Positions 39,231 through 50,663 of a stretch of DNA of 64,000 nt are shown here, piece after piece. Location: assembly GCF_006345805.1 (NCBI RefSeq), contig NC_043006.1:22506001-22570000 (forward strand). Direction: 5' to 3'. The stretch comes from Octopus sinensis. Taxonomy: Eukaryota. The position numbers and the translations under genes are program-made. The notes under the pieces are model-generated. The model was not told the DNA's origin. It made no database searches and was given only the letters and a program-made list of their open reading frames with translations. How positions within the stretch are numbered: the first letter of the stretch is position 1; each line of letters begins with the position of its first letter.

Positions 39231-39616
39231 TTCGTTGTGGCGCATGGTGATAGAAGGTAACACCTCGTTGTTGTATACCATTACTTCAAACTTTTCTCCA
39301 AAATCTGCAACAGGAATGGTAATTCGATTTCTTGCAGAACGATGTCTGATTTCCGTACGCTTGCAAAAAGAATTTTTTTTTTCCTTTCGAAGTTCTTTAT
39401 ATAGAAACTTTGGGAGAGGAAATATTTCTAAAAGCATTAAGGTAACATTAAACAAACCTTCAAAGAACAATAAAATGGTTTGACTTGGAATTTTAGAGAC
39501 AATCTGCTTTGTTTCTTGTTTACAAGATATGTATATATTCATGCTTGTGTGCAGTACAAAATTGCAAGATTATTTCCAAGTTCCCTGGGACACGGGTAAA
39601 TAGGAAATGAAAGAAA

Positions 39617-40030
39617 TACTCTCTCTTTTACTCTTTTACTTGTTTCAGTCATTTGACTGCGGCCATGCTGGAGCACCGCGTTTAATCGAGCAACTCGAAC
39701 CCGGGACTTATTCTTTTGTAAGCCCAGTACTTATTCTATCGGTCTTTTTTGCCGAACCGCTAAGTAACGGGGACATAAACACACCAGCATCGGTTGTCAA
39801 GCAATGTTAGGGAGACAAACACAGACACACAAACACACACACATATATAAATATATATACATATATACGACGGGCTTCTTTCAGTTTCCGTCTACCAAAT
39901 CCACTCACAAGGATTTGGTTGGCCCGAGGCTATAGTAGAAGACACTTGCCCAAGGTGCCACACAGTGGGACTGAACCCGGAACCATGTGGTTGGTAAACA
40001 AGCTACTTACCACACAGCCACTCCTGCGCC
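39617..40030 (-). mobile_element. SINE-A, full length
   Basis: Consensus match. Confidence 0.9.
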
Positions 40031-40434
40031 TATATAAGCAATACAGAAAATATCCCTTCATCTTAAAAAAATCCTAAGAAATTTACCAAACTGATATAAT
40101 TTTGTGTGTGTGTGTTTGTTTGTTTTCAGTTTTTCCTAAATGATTTTAAGCATACATTCTTCTTTCTTTATCTGCTTTTTCTTTCTTTTTTCTTTTTTTG
40201 TTTGATCTTTTTGTATTTTTCTTAAACCAAATAGTTTAGAAACTATTTCTATAAGTAAAACATAAAGATTCTGAAAATATTTTTCTGTTAAAAAAAAAAG
40301 ATTACGTTGCTGATAGGTTCCGAACTCACAGAAATTTGTCAGAATTTTATTCCTGTTTCTTTCCTTCCCAATGAAAAGACATGTTCGTGTTTTGTAGCAT
40401 GCTAACAGCTTTATTATATGTAATACCGTGGTAG

Positions 40435-40650
40435 GGCGGCGAGCAGGCGGAATCGTTGGCATGCCGGACAAAATGCTTAGTGGCATTTCGTCTATCTTAC
40501 GTTCTAAGTTCAAAATGCGCCGAGGTCGACTTTGCCTTTCATCCTCTCGGGATTGATAAAGTAAGAACCAGTTGAGTACTGGGGTCGATGTAATCGACTT
40601 ACCCACTGCCTCGAAATTGCTGGCCTTGTGCCAAAATTTGAAACCAATAT
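40435..40650 (+). mobile_element. SINE-B, tail iii
   Basis: SINE-B head and centre, tail GAAATTGCTGGCCTTGTGCCAAAATTTGAAACCAATAT. Confidence 0.8.
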
Positions 40651-41107
40651 GTATTATAAAACCAGAGTAGAAGAAATATTTCAAAACAGCCATAACTGAA
40701 CAAGACATCTTCAGCATTGGCCTGCTCATAATGAAGTCGTGTTGCTGTTTACATTAAGTGGTAGATGACTGAATCCCATTTACATACATATGACCATTTG
40801 TAGCGTCGTCAAGGTTTGTTAATGTCAGCACTTTGAACCAAGTTGTCAATAACTTTACAACTAGAATTTTCATCGAAATTGTCAACTCTCTAAATTAGAT
40901 CCTTGTTATTTGCTGGGTTTTGTATCCTTGGAATATCTATTAAAACTAAGATTCTAAGCAACAAAGTTTTGATTTTGATTTTACTGTGTTCTTCCTCAAA
41001 CATTTCGACAGGTTCACCACTTTCAGATATTAGTCAAAGCTTAGCTGTTGTCACCTTTAGTCTTCTTTGCTCTCTTCATCGCCACAGTAGTGAGTCTAGC
41101 GCGTACT

Positions 41108-41450
41108 TTGATTGATTGATTCTAGTTTCAGCTCACGAGCTGTGGCCATGCTGGGGCACCGCCATTTGATGTTGCTACATGGTTTTACTTCACGAATGCC
41201 TTTTAGCAACTGCCATTTGGTGCATGAGAGAGTTCGATGCAGCTGCCCTCATCTGCACCACCTGCCGTGAAGTTGGTTCATCTGGGATACCTGACAAGAA
41301 GAGATCCAGTTTCATTTTAAAGACATCTGCATCCACCCCATGCAGGTCTCTTAGATTCTTCGGGAGGATATTGAAGAGCTGTGGGCCTCGGAAGCCCAGG
41401 CTATCACAGTATCTTGTCCTACATCTTGATGGCAAATTTGGAGTCCTTGT
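41108..41450 (-). mobile_element. 3' end of a CR1/L2-like LINE
   Basis: ORF end SLGFRGPQLFNILPKNLRDL..FKMKLDLFLSGIPDEP..AASNSL, short 3' UTR with stem-loop, (ATCA)n tail; clade assignment from remembered C-terminal motif. Confidence 0.75.
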
Positions 41451-42013
41451 TCAATAAATCTATTTAATTGTTTAATTCATCTTCTTCGCCGGATCCCCAA
41501 CCTCACAAAATAGCCTGATGCACGCGACCTATGAATTTGATCACATGACACAGTAAGTTCTCTCAACAGGTGTGTTATAATCTTCCTTCCCAACTCTCAG
41601 CCTAAAATGTACATGGTTTCAACAATATCAAAAAAATAACACAAATATAACTACTACTAGCATAAACTGACGTAGCTATAGTTATGGGTTTAAGTTCTCT
41701 TGACAGCTTCATGATTTGAGATTGCAATACTATTGGGTTTCAGGTTGGCCAAACCCTTGTAACTGAAATTTGGTAAACTGAAGCTATGAGAAAATCAGTC
41801 AAATGAATAGTTCTTGTTTTGGAGTGGTGCACTTAGCCTGTCATTCAGTTTAAAACAACATTTTGACCATTAGAGTTCTTCAATGGCGTCCACTCCGTTT
41901 GTAAACTTCAAAACCAAATCTTAGGTTCGGGGATATCCGCTTCCCTTTTCACCATTAATATAGGAAGCCCTAACATGTGTCAAGGACCCTGTTCTTCCTT
42001 CTCTGGCAATCAG

Positions 42014-42160
42014 TGCTCCTCGCATGTCCTTTGTTAAGGGACGACCTGGGATTAGACAGCAACGGCGATATTGTTAACACCAATGCTTGTATCAACATCC
42101 TCTACAATAACTACGACGACTTGAAAGAATCATACAAAAATGCTTTGAATTTTTACATTG
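42014..42160 (+). CDS. Weak candidate internal exon, product unknown
   Basis: Pyrimidine-rich acceptor ..CTTCCTTCTCTGGCAATCAG, 147 nt open frame (phase 1-1), donor TG|GTTAAT, many C-ending codons; no recognisable domain. Confidence 0.2.
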
Positions 42161-42606
42161 GTTAATTAAATACCGATAATGAATTAGTTAATGAAATACA
42201 AACAACAACAAAATCAAGACGAGGTCAAACATTATGACATGGCCGCTCTCCGTTGTTGATAGCATACTGATAGCAATTTAGCAATTTCTCACATTAATCG
42301 TTGCTTGTAAACATTAATAATTAAATAAATAAATTATTAAATCATTGTATGTTAATCTATTTACATTTGCCAGGAAACCTTGGAGACTGTAGAATTTATT
42401 CATTATCAACCACTATGGCTGCCACTGAGATAATGATTTATAATATTGGAATAAATGATTTCTGTTTTGTGTTACCGGTGGCGACGACATCGACGGCGGT
42501 AGTAGTGAGGTAGAGATTCGATACAATGCACGGTATGGACCCTCAGTACAAAACTGGTGCTCTTTTCTTCCGAATGAACGGAACAGAAACTGAAAGTATA
42601 ACTGTA

Positions 42607-42688
<82 letters not shown>

Positions 42689-42758
42689 TGTACCTATGAC
42701 CATTATAAGGTAATTGGTGCTCCACAAAAACAAGTACAGTAATTTATTATTATTATTA

Positions 42759-42835
<77 letters not shown>

Positions 42836-42836
42836 C

Positions 42837-42981
42837 ACATTATTTACATTTGACGGATATTTGTCGTCATTTTGTTTGTTGTTAACACAACGTTTCGGCT
42901 GATATACCCTCCAGCCTTCATCAGGTGTCTTGGGGAAATTTCAAACCTTGGTTCTCATTCCTAAGGCATTTTTCAATGTTG

Positions 42982-42985
<4 letters not shown>
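42837..42985 (-). mobile_element. Penelope-like element terminal fragment between two (TAA)n tracts
   Basis: Contains the minimal hammerhead motif characteristic of Penelope-like pseudo-LTRs. Confidence 0.6.
42884..42929 (-). ncRNA. Minimal type I hammerhead ribozyme motif
   Basis: GACAC-CTGATGA-A-GGCTG(GAGGGTATAT)CAGCC-GAAA-C-GTT-GTGTT: stem I GACAC/GTGTT, stem II GGCTG/CAGCC, palindromic ACGT in place of stem III. Confidence 0.75.
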
Positions 42986-43070
<85 letters not shown>

Positions 43071-43073
<3 letters not shown>

Positions 43074-43695
43074 TAGTTTTATTTTTATAGCGTGCTTTCA
43101 CTTCACTAAAGAGCGCAGCTCTGTGTGCCTTGGGTATGTGCTGTGATTTGTTGTGATACTCTGATGGTTACTGTATTGAAAGTGTTCTGCGTAGGATGTG
43201 TGCAGTGCCTAGTAGTGCAATTTTCTGTATGTTATATGTGTTTGTAAGTTCTGGTGTTTTTGTTATGTATTTGTCTGAATATTTTTTTATCATGCCTAAT
43301 GCACCTACTATGATAGGAATTGTTTCTGTTTTCAGATTCCACATTCTAGTTACCTCTATTTCCAGGTCTTTGTATTTTGAGAGTTTCTCCATTTCTTTTA
43401 GAGACAGGTTGTCATCTGCCGGTATTGATACATCAATTAGAAAGCATTTTCTTTTCTTCATTATCTCTGACAACTATATCTGGTCTGTTGGCCTTAATTT
43501 CTCTATCTGTGTGTATCGGTATATCCCAGAGTATGGTTGCTTTCTCGTTTTCTGTGACCTTTTCTGGTGTGTGCCTATACCATCTTTTTTCTGTTGTTAT
43601 TCCATAATGTTGGCATAGCTTCCAGTGTATGTAGGTTCCAACTCTGTCATGTCTGTGAATATATTCCTTCTTAGCCAGGACTGGGCAGCCAGAGA
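43071..43695 (-). mobile_element. 5'-truncated R4/Dong-like LINE (RLE end + 3' UTR)
   Basis: RPDIV..KCFLIDVSIPADDNLSLKEMEKLSKYKDLEIEVTRMW..IIVGALG..ALLGTAHILRRTL; (TAA)n on both sides. Confidence 0.9.
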
Positions 43696-43717
43696 TAATA
43701 TGATTTATGTTTTATTA

Positions 43718-43751
<34 letters not shown>

Positions 43752-44204
43752 CATTATTATTATTATTATTATGAAATATAGCTTGCAATCTCATATCCTT
43801 TGAAAGGTTTCGAGACTACAAGAACAGTTTGAAATGAATCTATCTTTGACAGTTTTTCAAACTGGTACATATTAAATACTAACCTAAAAGACTACTAGCA
43901 TATGCTTCGGTATTTATTTCAGCATTAGCTGGTTGTATTTTCAGGTATTCAGACCCAACGAAAACTTGGTTTTATACAATATTTCTAGATTGTCTGTCGT
44001 TATTAAGTTAAACTCGTAACATGATTAATATGGCTTGAACTAGTAAGATGCCAGTCGTTTCACGTGATTGGTCGATTAACCGATCAATCAGCGTCAAGCC
44101 ATAACGTGATTCGACTTTGTAGAACTTTCTCATAAAAAGATGGGGGAATTTTGTGGCAACACCAGAATGTTGATGTAGCCGCTTGACATCTCCATTGTCA
44201 TGAC

Positions 44205-44586
44205 GGAGGCGCAATGGCCCAGTGGTTAGGGCAGCGGACTTGCGGTCATAGGATCGCGGTTTCGATTCCCAGACCGGGCGTTGTGAGTGTTTATTGAGCG
44301 AAAACACCTAAAGCCCCACGAGGCTCCGGCAGGGGATGGTGGTGATCCCTGCTGTACTCTTTCACCACAACTTTCTCTCACTCTTACTTCCTGTTTCTGT
44401 TGTACCTGTATTTCAAAGGGCCGGCCTTGTCACTCTCTGTGTCACGCTGAACATCCCCGAGAACTATGTTAAGGGTGCACGTGTCTGTGGAGTGCTCAGC
44501 CACTTACACGTTAATTTCACGAGCAGGCTGTTCCGTTGATTCGGATCAGCCGGAACCCTCGTCGTCGTAACCGACGGAGTGCTTCC
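44205..44586 (+). mobile_element. SINE-C (centre 1 + tail 1), full length
   Basis: tRNA-Arg-like head; near-identical to 46246-46627; imperfect TSD TCCATTGTC. Confidence 0.9.
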
Positions 44587-44825
44587 ATCCATCCATTGTC
44601 CTGGCAGTTTACAAGATACAGATTTTGTCATCATGAATATATCGCGATTATTTTCCAGTTGTGAAGGGCCAGCCACAGATTGATATACACCGGTTAAATT
44701 ATTGTAGGTCTCACGGAAGTAAGTTTCTCCTGGTGCGTAATTGTCGCTATTATTTTCCATCCAAAGACCCAACTCAGAAACAGTCTGTGCTATAAATAAA
44801 GCTTCTGTTCATTGCTCGTGAGTGT

Positions 44826-45047
44826 TACTCTTACTCTCTCCTTTACTCTTTTACTTGTTTCAGTCATTTGACTGTGGCCATGCTGGAGCACCGCCTTTAG
44901 TCGAGCAAATCGACCCCGGAACTTATTCTTTTTGTAAGCCCAGTACTTATTCTATTGGTCTCTTTTGCCGAACCGCTAAGTGACGGGGACGTAAACACAC
45001 CAGCATCGGTTGTCAAGCAATGTTGGGGGACAAACACATACACACAA

Positions 45048-45084
<37 letters not shown>

Positions 45085-45253
45085 CATATATATGACAGGC
45101 TTCTTTCAGTTTCCGTCTACCAAATCCACTCACGAGGCATTGGTCGGCCCGGGGCTATAGCAGAAGACACTTGCCCAAGATGCCACGCAGTGGGACTGAA
45201 CCCGGAACCATGTGGTTGGTTAGCAAGCTACTTACCACACAGCCAGTCCTGCG
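44826..45253 (-). mobile_element. SINE-A, full length
   Basis: Consensus match. Confidence 0.9.
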
Positions 45254-45674
45254 TTGATAACCATTTTTAAACGCAGCCCTAGAAAGACATTTTCGTTTTC
45301 CACCAACATCAAATTCCCAAGCACAACATCATTCCGACGGCCCCTGCTACGTTTCTAGCTAAGAAAGTAATGGAAACTTGTTACGGATTCTGTTGGAAGA
45401 GAATATTTCACGTATTATGAGGTGAAATTATGCAACCATGACAAACAATGGGCCCCTAACTCTTAACAAACTTGCATCATAAATCTGGGATAAAGAAGCA
45501 GAATGAGCTTGGTTGTTTCAATGATTTGGAGGAAAACGACAAACCATCTAGATTTATATTTTTGTTTGGTTGATATCTCTGAGCATAGATTCAAGACCAT
45601 ATCAAAGATAAATTACTCAAATTTGCCCTCAGCCATGAAATTTGTACTTCACTGTGCTCAACAGACTATTTCTA

Positions 45675-46075
45675 TACTCTTTACTCCTTTATTTGTTTCA
45701 GTCATTTGACTGCGGCCATGCTGGAGCACCGCCTTTAATCGAGCAACTCGACCCCGGGACTTATTCTTTTGTAAGCCCAGTACTTATTCTATCGGTCTCT
45801 TTTTGCCGAACCGCTAAGTAACGGGGACATAAACACACCAGCATCGGTTGTCAAGCAATGCTAGGGGGACAAACACAGACACACAAACACACACACGCAT
45901 ACATATATACCTATATACGACGGGCTTCTTTCAGTTTCCGTCTACCAAATCCACTCACAAGGCTTTGGTCGGCCCGAGGTTATAGTAGAAAACACTTGCC
46001 CAAGGTGCCACGCAGTGGGACTGAACCCAGAACCATGTGGTTGGTAAACAAGCTACTTACCACACAGCCACTCCT
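45675..46075 (-). mobile_element. SINE-A, full length
   Basis: Consensus match. Confidence 0.9.
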
Positions 46076-46089
46076 AATTTAATAAATTA

Positions 46090-47020
46090 GATGCCATCGA
46101 CAAAACTTAGTTCTGCACATGGGAAGGAATCAGAGATGATGAAACTTACACGCAACATACAGATTCATGGGCACCTATGTCCTTCCCTCTTCACTCTGCT
46201 AAACTCTACCCTTCCGCCAATGCTTTTATCAGAAAAGAACATATATGGAAGCACTCCGTCGGTTACGACGACGAGGGTTCCGGTTGATCCGATCAACGGA
46301 ACAGCCTGCTCGTGAAATTAACGGGTAAGTGGCTGAGCACTCCACAGACACGTGCACCCTTAACGTAGTTCTCGGGGATAATCAGCGTGACACAGAGAGT
46401 GACAAGGCCGGCCCTTTGAAATACAGGTACAACAGAAACAGGAAGAAAGAGTCAGAGAAAGTTGTGGTGAAAGAGTACAGCAGGGATCACCACCATCCCC
46501 TGCCGGAGCCTCGTGGAGCTTTAGGTGTTTCCGCTCAATAAACACTCACAACGCCCGGTCTGGGAATCGAAACCGCGATCCTACGACCGCGAGTCCGCTG
46601 CCCTAACCACTGGGCCATTGCGCCTCCACATCAGAAAAGAACAGGAGAACTAGGAAAGACAAATTTAGGTTTCTATCAAAAAGAGAGAGAAACACTTCTT
46701 AAGGAGATAAGTGAAGGACTGTTTATAGAGTTAGTGGAACCACCAAATGAGTGGAAAAACAGGACAAAGGTGGAAAAAAAAAAAGAAATCAAGCTTCGAC
46801 AGAAAGAAGCCTCATTCAAAGTTTTTTTCAAAAAGGCAAAAGAGATAAGAGATAGGATGGACAGTTGACTCTGGTTAAAGAGAGGAGAAGTGAACAAGCA
46901 AAAAAAGAAAACATGGATGAAATTATTCTAGCAGCACTGCAACAGATGCTAAGTGAAAACTGGATCACGAGAGTAACAGATCAGAAATATTGAGCTATTA
47001 TATGCAAAAGACGCGCCGAT
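46090..47020 (+). mobile_element. Old R4/Dong-like fragment split by SINE-C
   Basis: Remnants KLTRNIQIHGHL, WLKRG, DEIILAALQQMLSENW parallel the motifs in the younger copies. Confidence 0.5.
46246..46627 (-). mobile_element. SINE-C (centre 1 + tail 1), full length
   Basis: 14-bp direct repeat ATCAGAAAAGAACA at 46228-46241 and 46630-46643. Confidence 0.92.
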
Positions 47021-47053
47021 ACAAGTGTCATTAGATCTCACATTATATCGAAA

Positions 47054-47464
47054 TACTCTTTTACTCTTTTACTTGTTTCAGTCATTTGACTGCGGCCATG
47101 CTGGAGCACCGCCTTTAGTCGCTCAAATCGACCCCGGGACTTATTCTTTGTAAGCCCAGTACTTATTCTATCGGTCTCTTTTGCCGAACCGCTAAGTGAC
47201 GGGGACGTAAACACACCAGCATCGGTTGCCAAGCAATGCTGGTGGGACAAACACAGACACACAAGCCCACACACACACACACACATATATATACATATAT
47301 ACGACAGGCTTCTTTCAGTTTCCGTCTACCAAATCCACTCAGAAGGCTTTGGTCGGCCCGGGGCTATAGCAGAAGACACTTGCCCAAGATGCCACGCAGT
47401 GGGACTGAACCCGGAACCATGTGGTTGGTTAGCAAGCTACTTACCACACAGCCACTCCTGCGCC
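47054..47464 (-). mobile_element. SINE-A, full length
   Basis: Consensus match. Confidence 0.9.
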
Positions 47465-47514
47465 TATATGTTCACAATTAGTTCAGACTGAACGCACTAT
47501 GTGTAGGAATGATA

Positions 47515-47705
47515 AAGCGGCCAGCTGGCAGAATCGTTAGCACGCCGGGCAAAATGTTTAGCAGCATTTCATCCATCTATACATTCTGAGGTTCCAATTC
47601 CTCTCGGGATCGACAAAAATAAGTACCAGTTGAACATTGGGGTCGATGTAATCGACTTAACCCCTACACCGAACTTACTAACCTTGAGCTAAAATTTGAA
47701 ATTGA
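47515..47705 (+). mobile_element. SINE-B, tail iii, diverged
   Basis: Head and centre match with internal deletion. Confidence 0.7.
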
Positions 47706-47709
47706 TATG

Positions 47710-47890
47710 TATAGGTATAAGATTGCGGCAGTAATTCACTGGAATTTTTGCAAGAGGTTCGGTTTTCCACACAGAGAAAAGGGCAATGAAGTCCTCAAAA
47801 GCGATGAAACGATGTCGTTATGGATTTTTCGTATGCAATTTTTATTGTTTCTCGGGAGGTACATTATGCTAATAAGCCTTTCTATGATCG
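47710..47890 (+). mobile_element. Decayed RLE-domain fragment
   Basis: KIAAVIHWNFCKRFGFPH..EVLKSDETMSLW parallels the HD..IHW..WDF region of 20546-21139. Confidence 0.5.
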
Positions 47891-47904
47891 GCACAAAATC
47901 TGAA

Positions 47905-48660
47905 AATTTAGAGGAGAGGTCTAGTTGATTACATCAACCCTAGTAACTTGACTAGTATTTATTTTATCAACCTCGGAAGAATGAAAGGCAATGTCAACCT
48001 CGGCGAAATTTGAACTCAGAACATAAAGGTGGAAAAATGATTAGCAGCATTTTGTCCGGCGACCTAATTGTTCTTATTTCTTTATTGCCCACAAGGAGCT
48101 AAACATAGAGGGGACATACAAGGACATTAAGTCGATTACATTTACCCCAGTGCGTAACTGGTACTTAATTTACCGACCCCGAAAAGATGAAAGGCAAAGT
48201 CGACCTCGGCGGAATTTGAACTCAGAACGTAACGGCATACGAAATACCTATTTCTACTACCCACAAGGGGCTACACACAGAAGGGACAAACAAGGACAGA
48301 CAAACGGATTAAGTCGATTATATCGTCCCAGTGCGTAACTGGTACTTATTTAATTGACCCCGAAAGGATGAAAGGCAAAGTCGATCTCGGCGGAATTTGA
48401 ACTCAGAACGTAACGGCATACGAAATACCTATTTCTTTACTACCCACAAGGGGCTAAACATAGAAGGGACAAACAAGGACAGACAAACGGATTAAGTCGA
48501 TTATATCGCCCCAGTGCGTAACTGGTACTTATTTAATCGACCCCGAAAAGATGAAAGGCAAAGTCGACCTCGGTGGAATTTGAACTCAGAACGTAGCGAC
48601 AGACGAAATACTGCTGAGCATTTCGCCCGGCGTGCTAACGTTTCTGCCAGCTCGCCGCCT
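47905..48660 (-). mobile_element. SINE-B cluster: diverged tail-ii copy plus tandem trimer (48075-48660)
   Basis: Three units of about 175 bp joined at GAAATACC|TATTTCT (48241, 48422). Confidence 0.9.
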
Positions 48661-49059
48661 TCATTAAACCAATAATAAACATCAATGTGTGTGTGTTTAT
48701 TATTGTCGTAATGACTCTCCTGATATTCAACAAAATGTGTTTAAACATACGAGTTCACATCAAGAGTTCTGTAAACCAGGTACAAAAGTGAAATTTCCTT
48801 TACAAACCGACAGGAGTGTAAAATACAAGCCGGATATTGTAGTCGTTGATTAAAAAGAAGAGTCTCTTGTAACTGACGAAGCATGCTTCATTTGATGGCC
48901 AAAATAAAGAGGAAAAAGAAAAAGAAAAAGAAAAAGCAGAGTGTTGTACCGATTTGAAGAGTAACTTTTATATGGCCAATATTTTCCCGAATCGTCCTCT
49001 TACTAAGATGCACAAATCCGGTTTTTTTTAATGGCGTGGCTTTTGCGCGTGCAGAAGGT

Positions 49060-49379
49060 GGAAGAAGAAGAAGAAGAAGAAGAAGAAGAAGAAGAAGAAG
49101 AGAAGAAGAAGAAGAAGAAGAAGAAGAAGAAGAGAAGGAGGAGGAAGAAGAAGAAGAAGAAGAAGAGGAGGAGGGTGGAGGAGAAGTAGAAGAAGAAGAA
49201 GAAGAGGAGGAGGAGGAGGTGGAGAAGAAGAAGAAGAAGAAGAAGAAGAAGGAGGAGAAGAAAGAAGGAAAAGAAGAAGAGAGGAGAGAAAGAAGAAGAA
49301 GAAGAAAAGAAGAAGAAGAAGAAGAAGAAGAAGAAGAAGAAGAAGAAGAAGACGATGACGATGACGATGATGACGATGT

Positions 49380-49429
<50 letters not shown>

Positions 49430-49512
49430 GCAGTGAAAAAGAATATAGGGAAGAGGAAATTCAAGAGAGGCCCAAAATTTTCATAGCAGTACAGCTGACA
49501 GACAGACAGACT

Positions 49513-49555
<43 letters not shown>

Positions 49556-49611
49556 GATAGATAAGATAGATAAGATAGATAGATAATAGATAGATAGATA
49601 GATAGATAGAT

Positions 49612-49645
<34 letters not shown>

Positions 49646-49684
49646 GATAGATAGTAAGATAGATAAGATAGATAGATAGATAGA

Positions 49685-49718
<34 letters not shown>

Positions 49719-49730
49719 TGATTGATAGAT
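49060..49730. repeat. (GAA/GAG)n, (GAT)n and (GATA)n arrays
   Basis: Direct reading; gives the poly-E/D pseudo-ORF. Confidence 0.95.
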
Positions 49731-50226
49731 ATGTTTCCTTTATTAGCCACACAGGGCTGCACACAGATAGAACATTACAAGGTAGAGATTTTCTTTTGAA
49801 GGTTTAAAAAAAAAAAAAAAAAAAGGAAGGGGGAGTTTCGAATCAAAAGGATCGTAAAAGGAGAGAAAGAGGACAAAAAAAGGGGGGTTAAAAAAAAAAA
49901 ACGGTGAGAGGAAAAAAAAAGATCAATAGGGATCGTATCACAGAAATGTCAATATGAAGTGTAAAGGGGAGGACAGGTGAGGTTTACCCGTGGAAAGAAA
50001 AGCCTACGGAAAAGACCACGGTAACCTCGGTCAATGAAGTCACATTTTATATTTCTTTTTTTTTCTTTTTTTTTTTTTGCAAATAAGCAACTCTCTGTTT
50101 TCGATTTCTGGGTTCATAGGACTATGCTCAAGGTGGCTTCGTCATTCATACGTGCCATTCTTGCTACATTCACCCATCTTTTTTTAAAACATTCGCTAGA
50201 TAAAACTTGCCTCTCTACTCTCACTT

Positions 50227-50227
<1 letters not shown>
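49731..50227 (-). mobile_element. LINE 3' end (probably Tx1/L1-like) in (GATA)n
   Basis: Terminal coding stretch [38 protein letters not shown]-rich 3' UTR, microsatellite on both flanks; clade is inference. Confidence 0.6.
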
Positions 50228-50290
<63 letters not shown>

Positions 50291-50291
50291 G

Positions 50292-50426
<135 letters not shown>

Positions 50427-50435
50427 TAGATAGAT

Positions 50436-50584
50436 ATGTTTCTTTATTAGCCACATAGGGCTGCACACAGATAGAACAAATTACAAGGTAGAGCTTTTCT
50501 TTTGGGGGTAAAAAAAAAAGAGAGTGGTGGTTTTTGATCAAAAGGGATCGTAAAAGGAAAGAAAAAGGACAAAAAAGGGAGGGG
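50436..50584 (-). mobile_element. Second, shorter 3' end of the same family in (GATA)n
   Basis: Same terminus ..TCTGTGTGCAGCCCTATGTGGCTAATAAAGAAACA. Confidence 0.75.

Positions 50585-50663
<79 letters not shown>

Noticed and set aside
40660-41105. Possible hAT transposase remnant (..CKWDSVIYHLM..)
   Set aside because: Multiple stops and only a loose resemblance to the TRWNS motif
44205-44280. tRNA gene
   Set aside because: A and B boxes are present but the acceptor stem does not close and the sequence continues into a SINE body; same for all SINE heads
48075-48660. Regularly spaced repeats resembling a CRISPR array
   Set aside because: Units are whole SINE-B bodies with no unique spacers, in eukaryotic DNA with no cas genes
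49036-49521. 161-aa acidic poly-E/D ORF
   Set aside because: Pure GAA/GAG/GAT slippage array with no splice context or unique sequence
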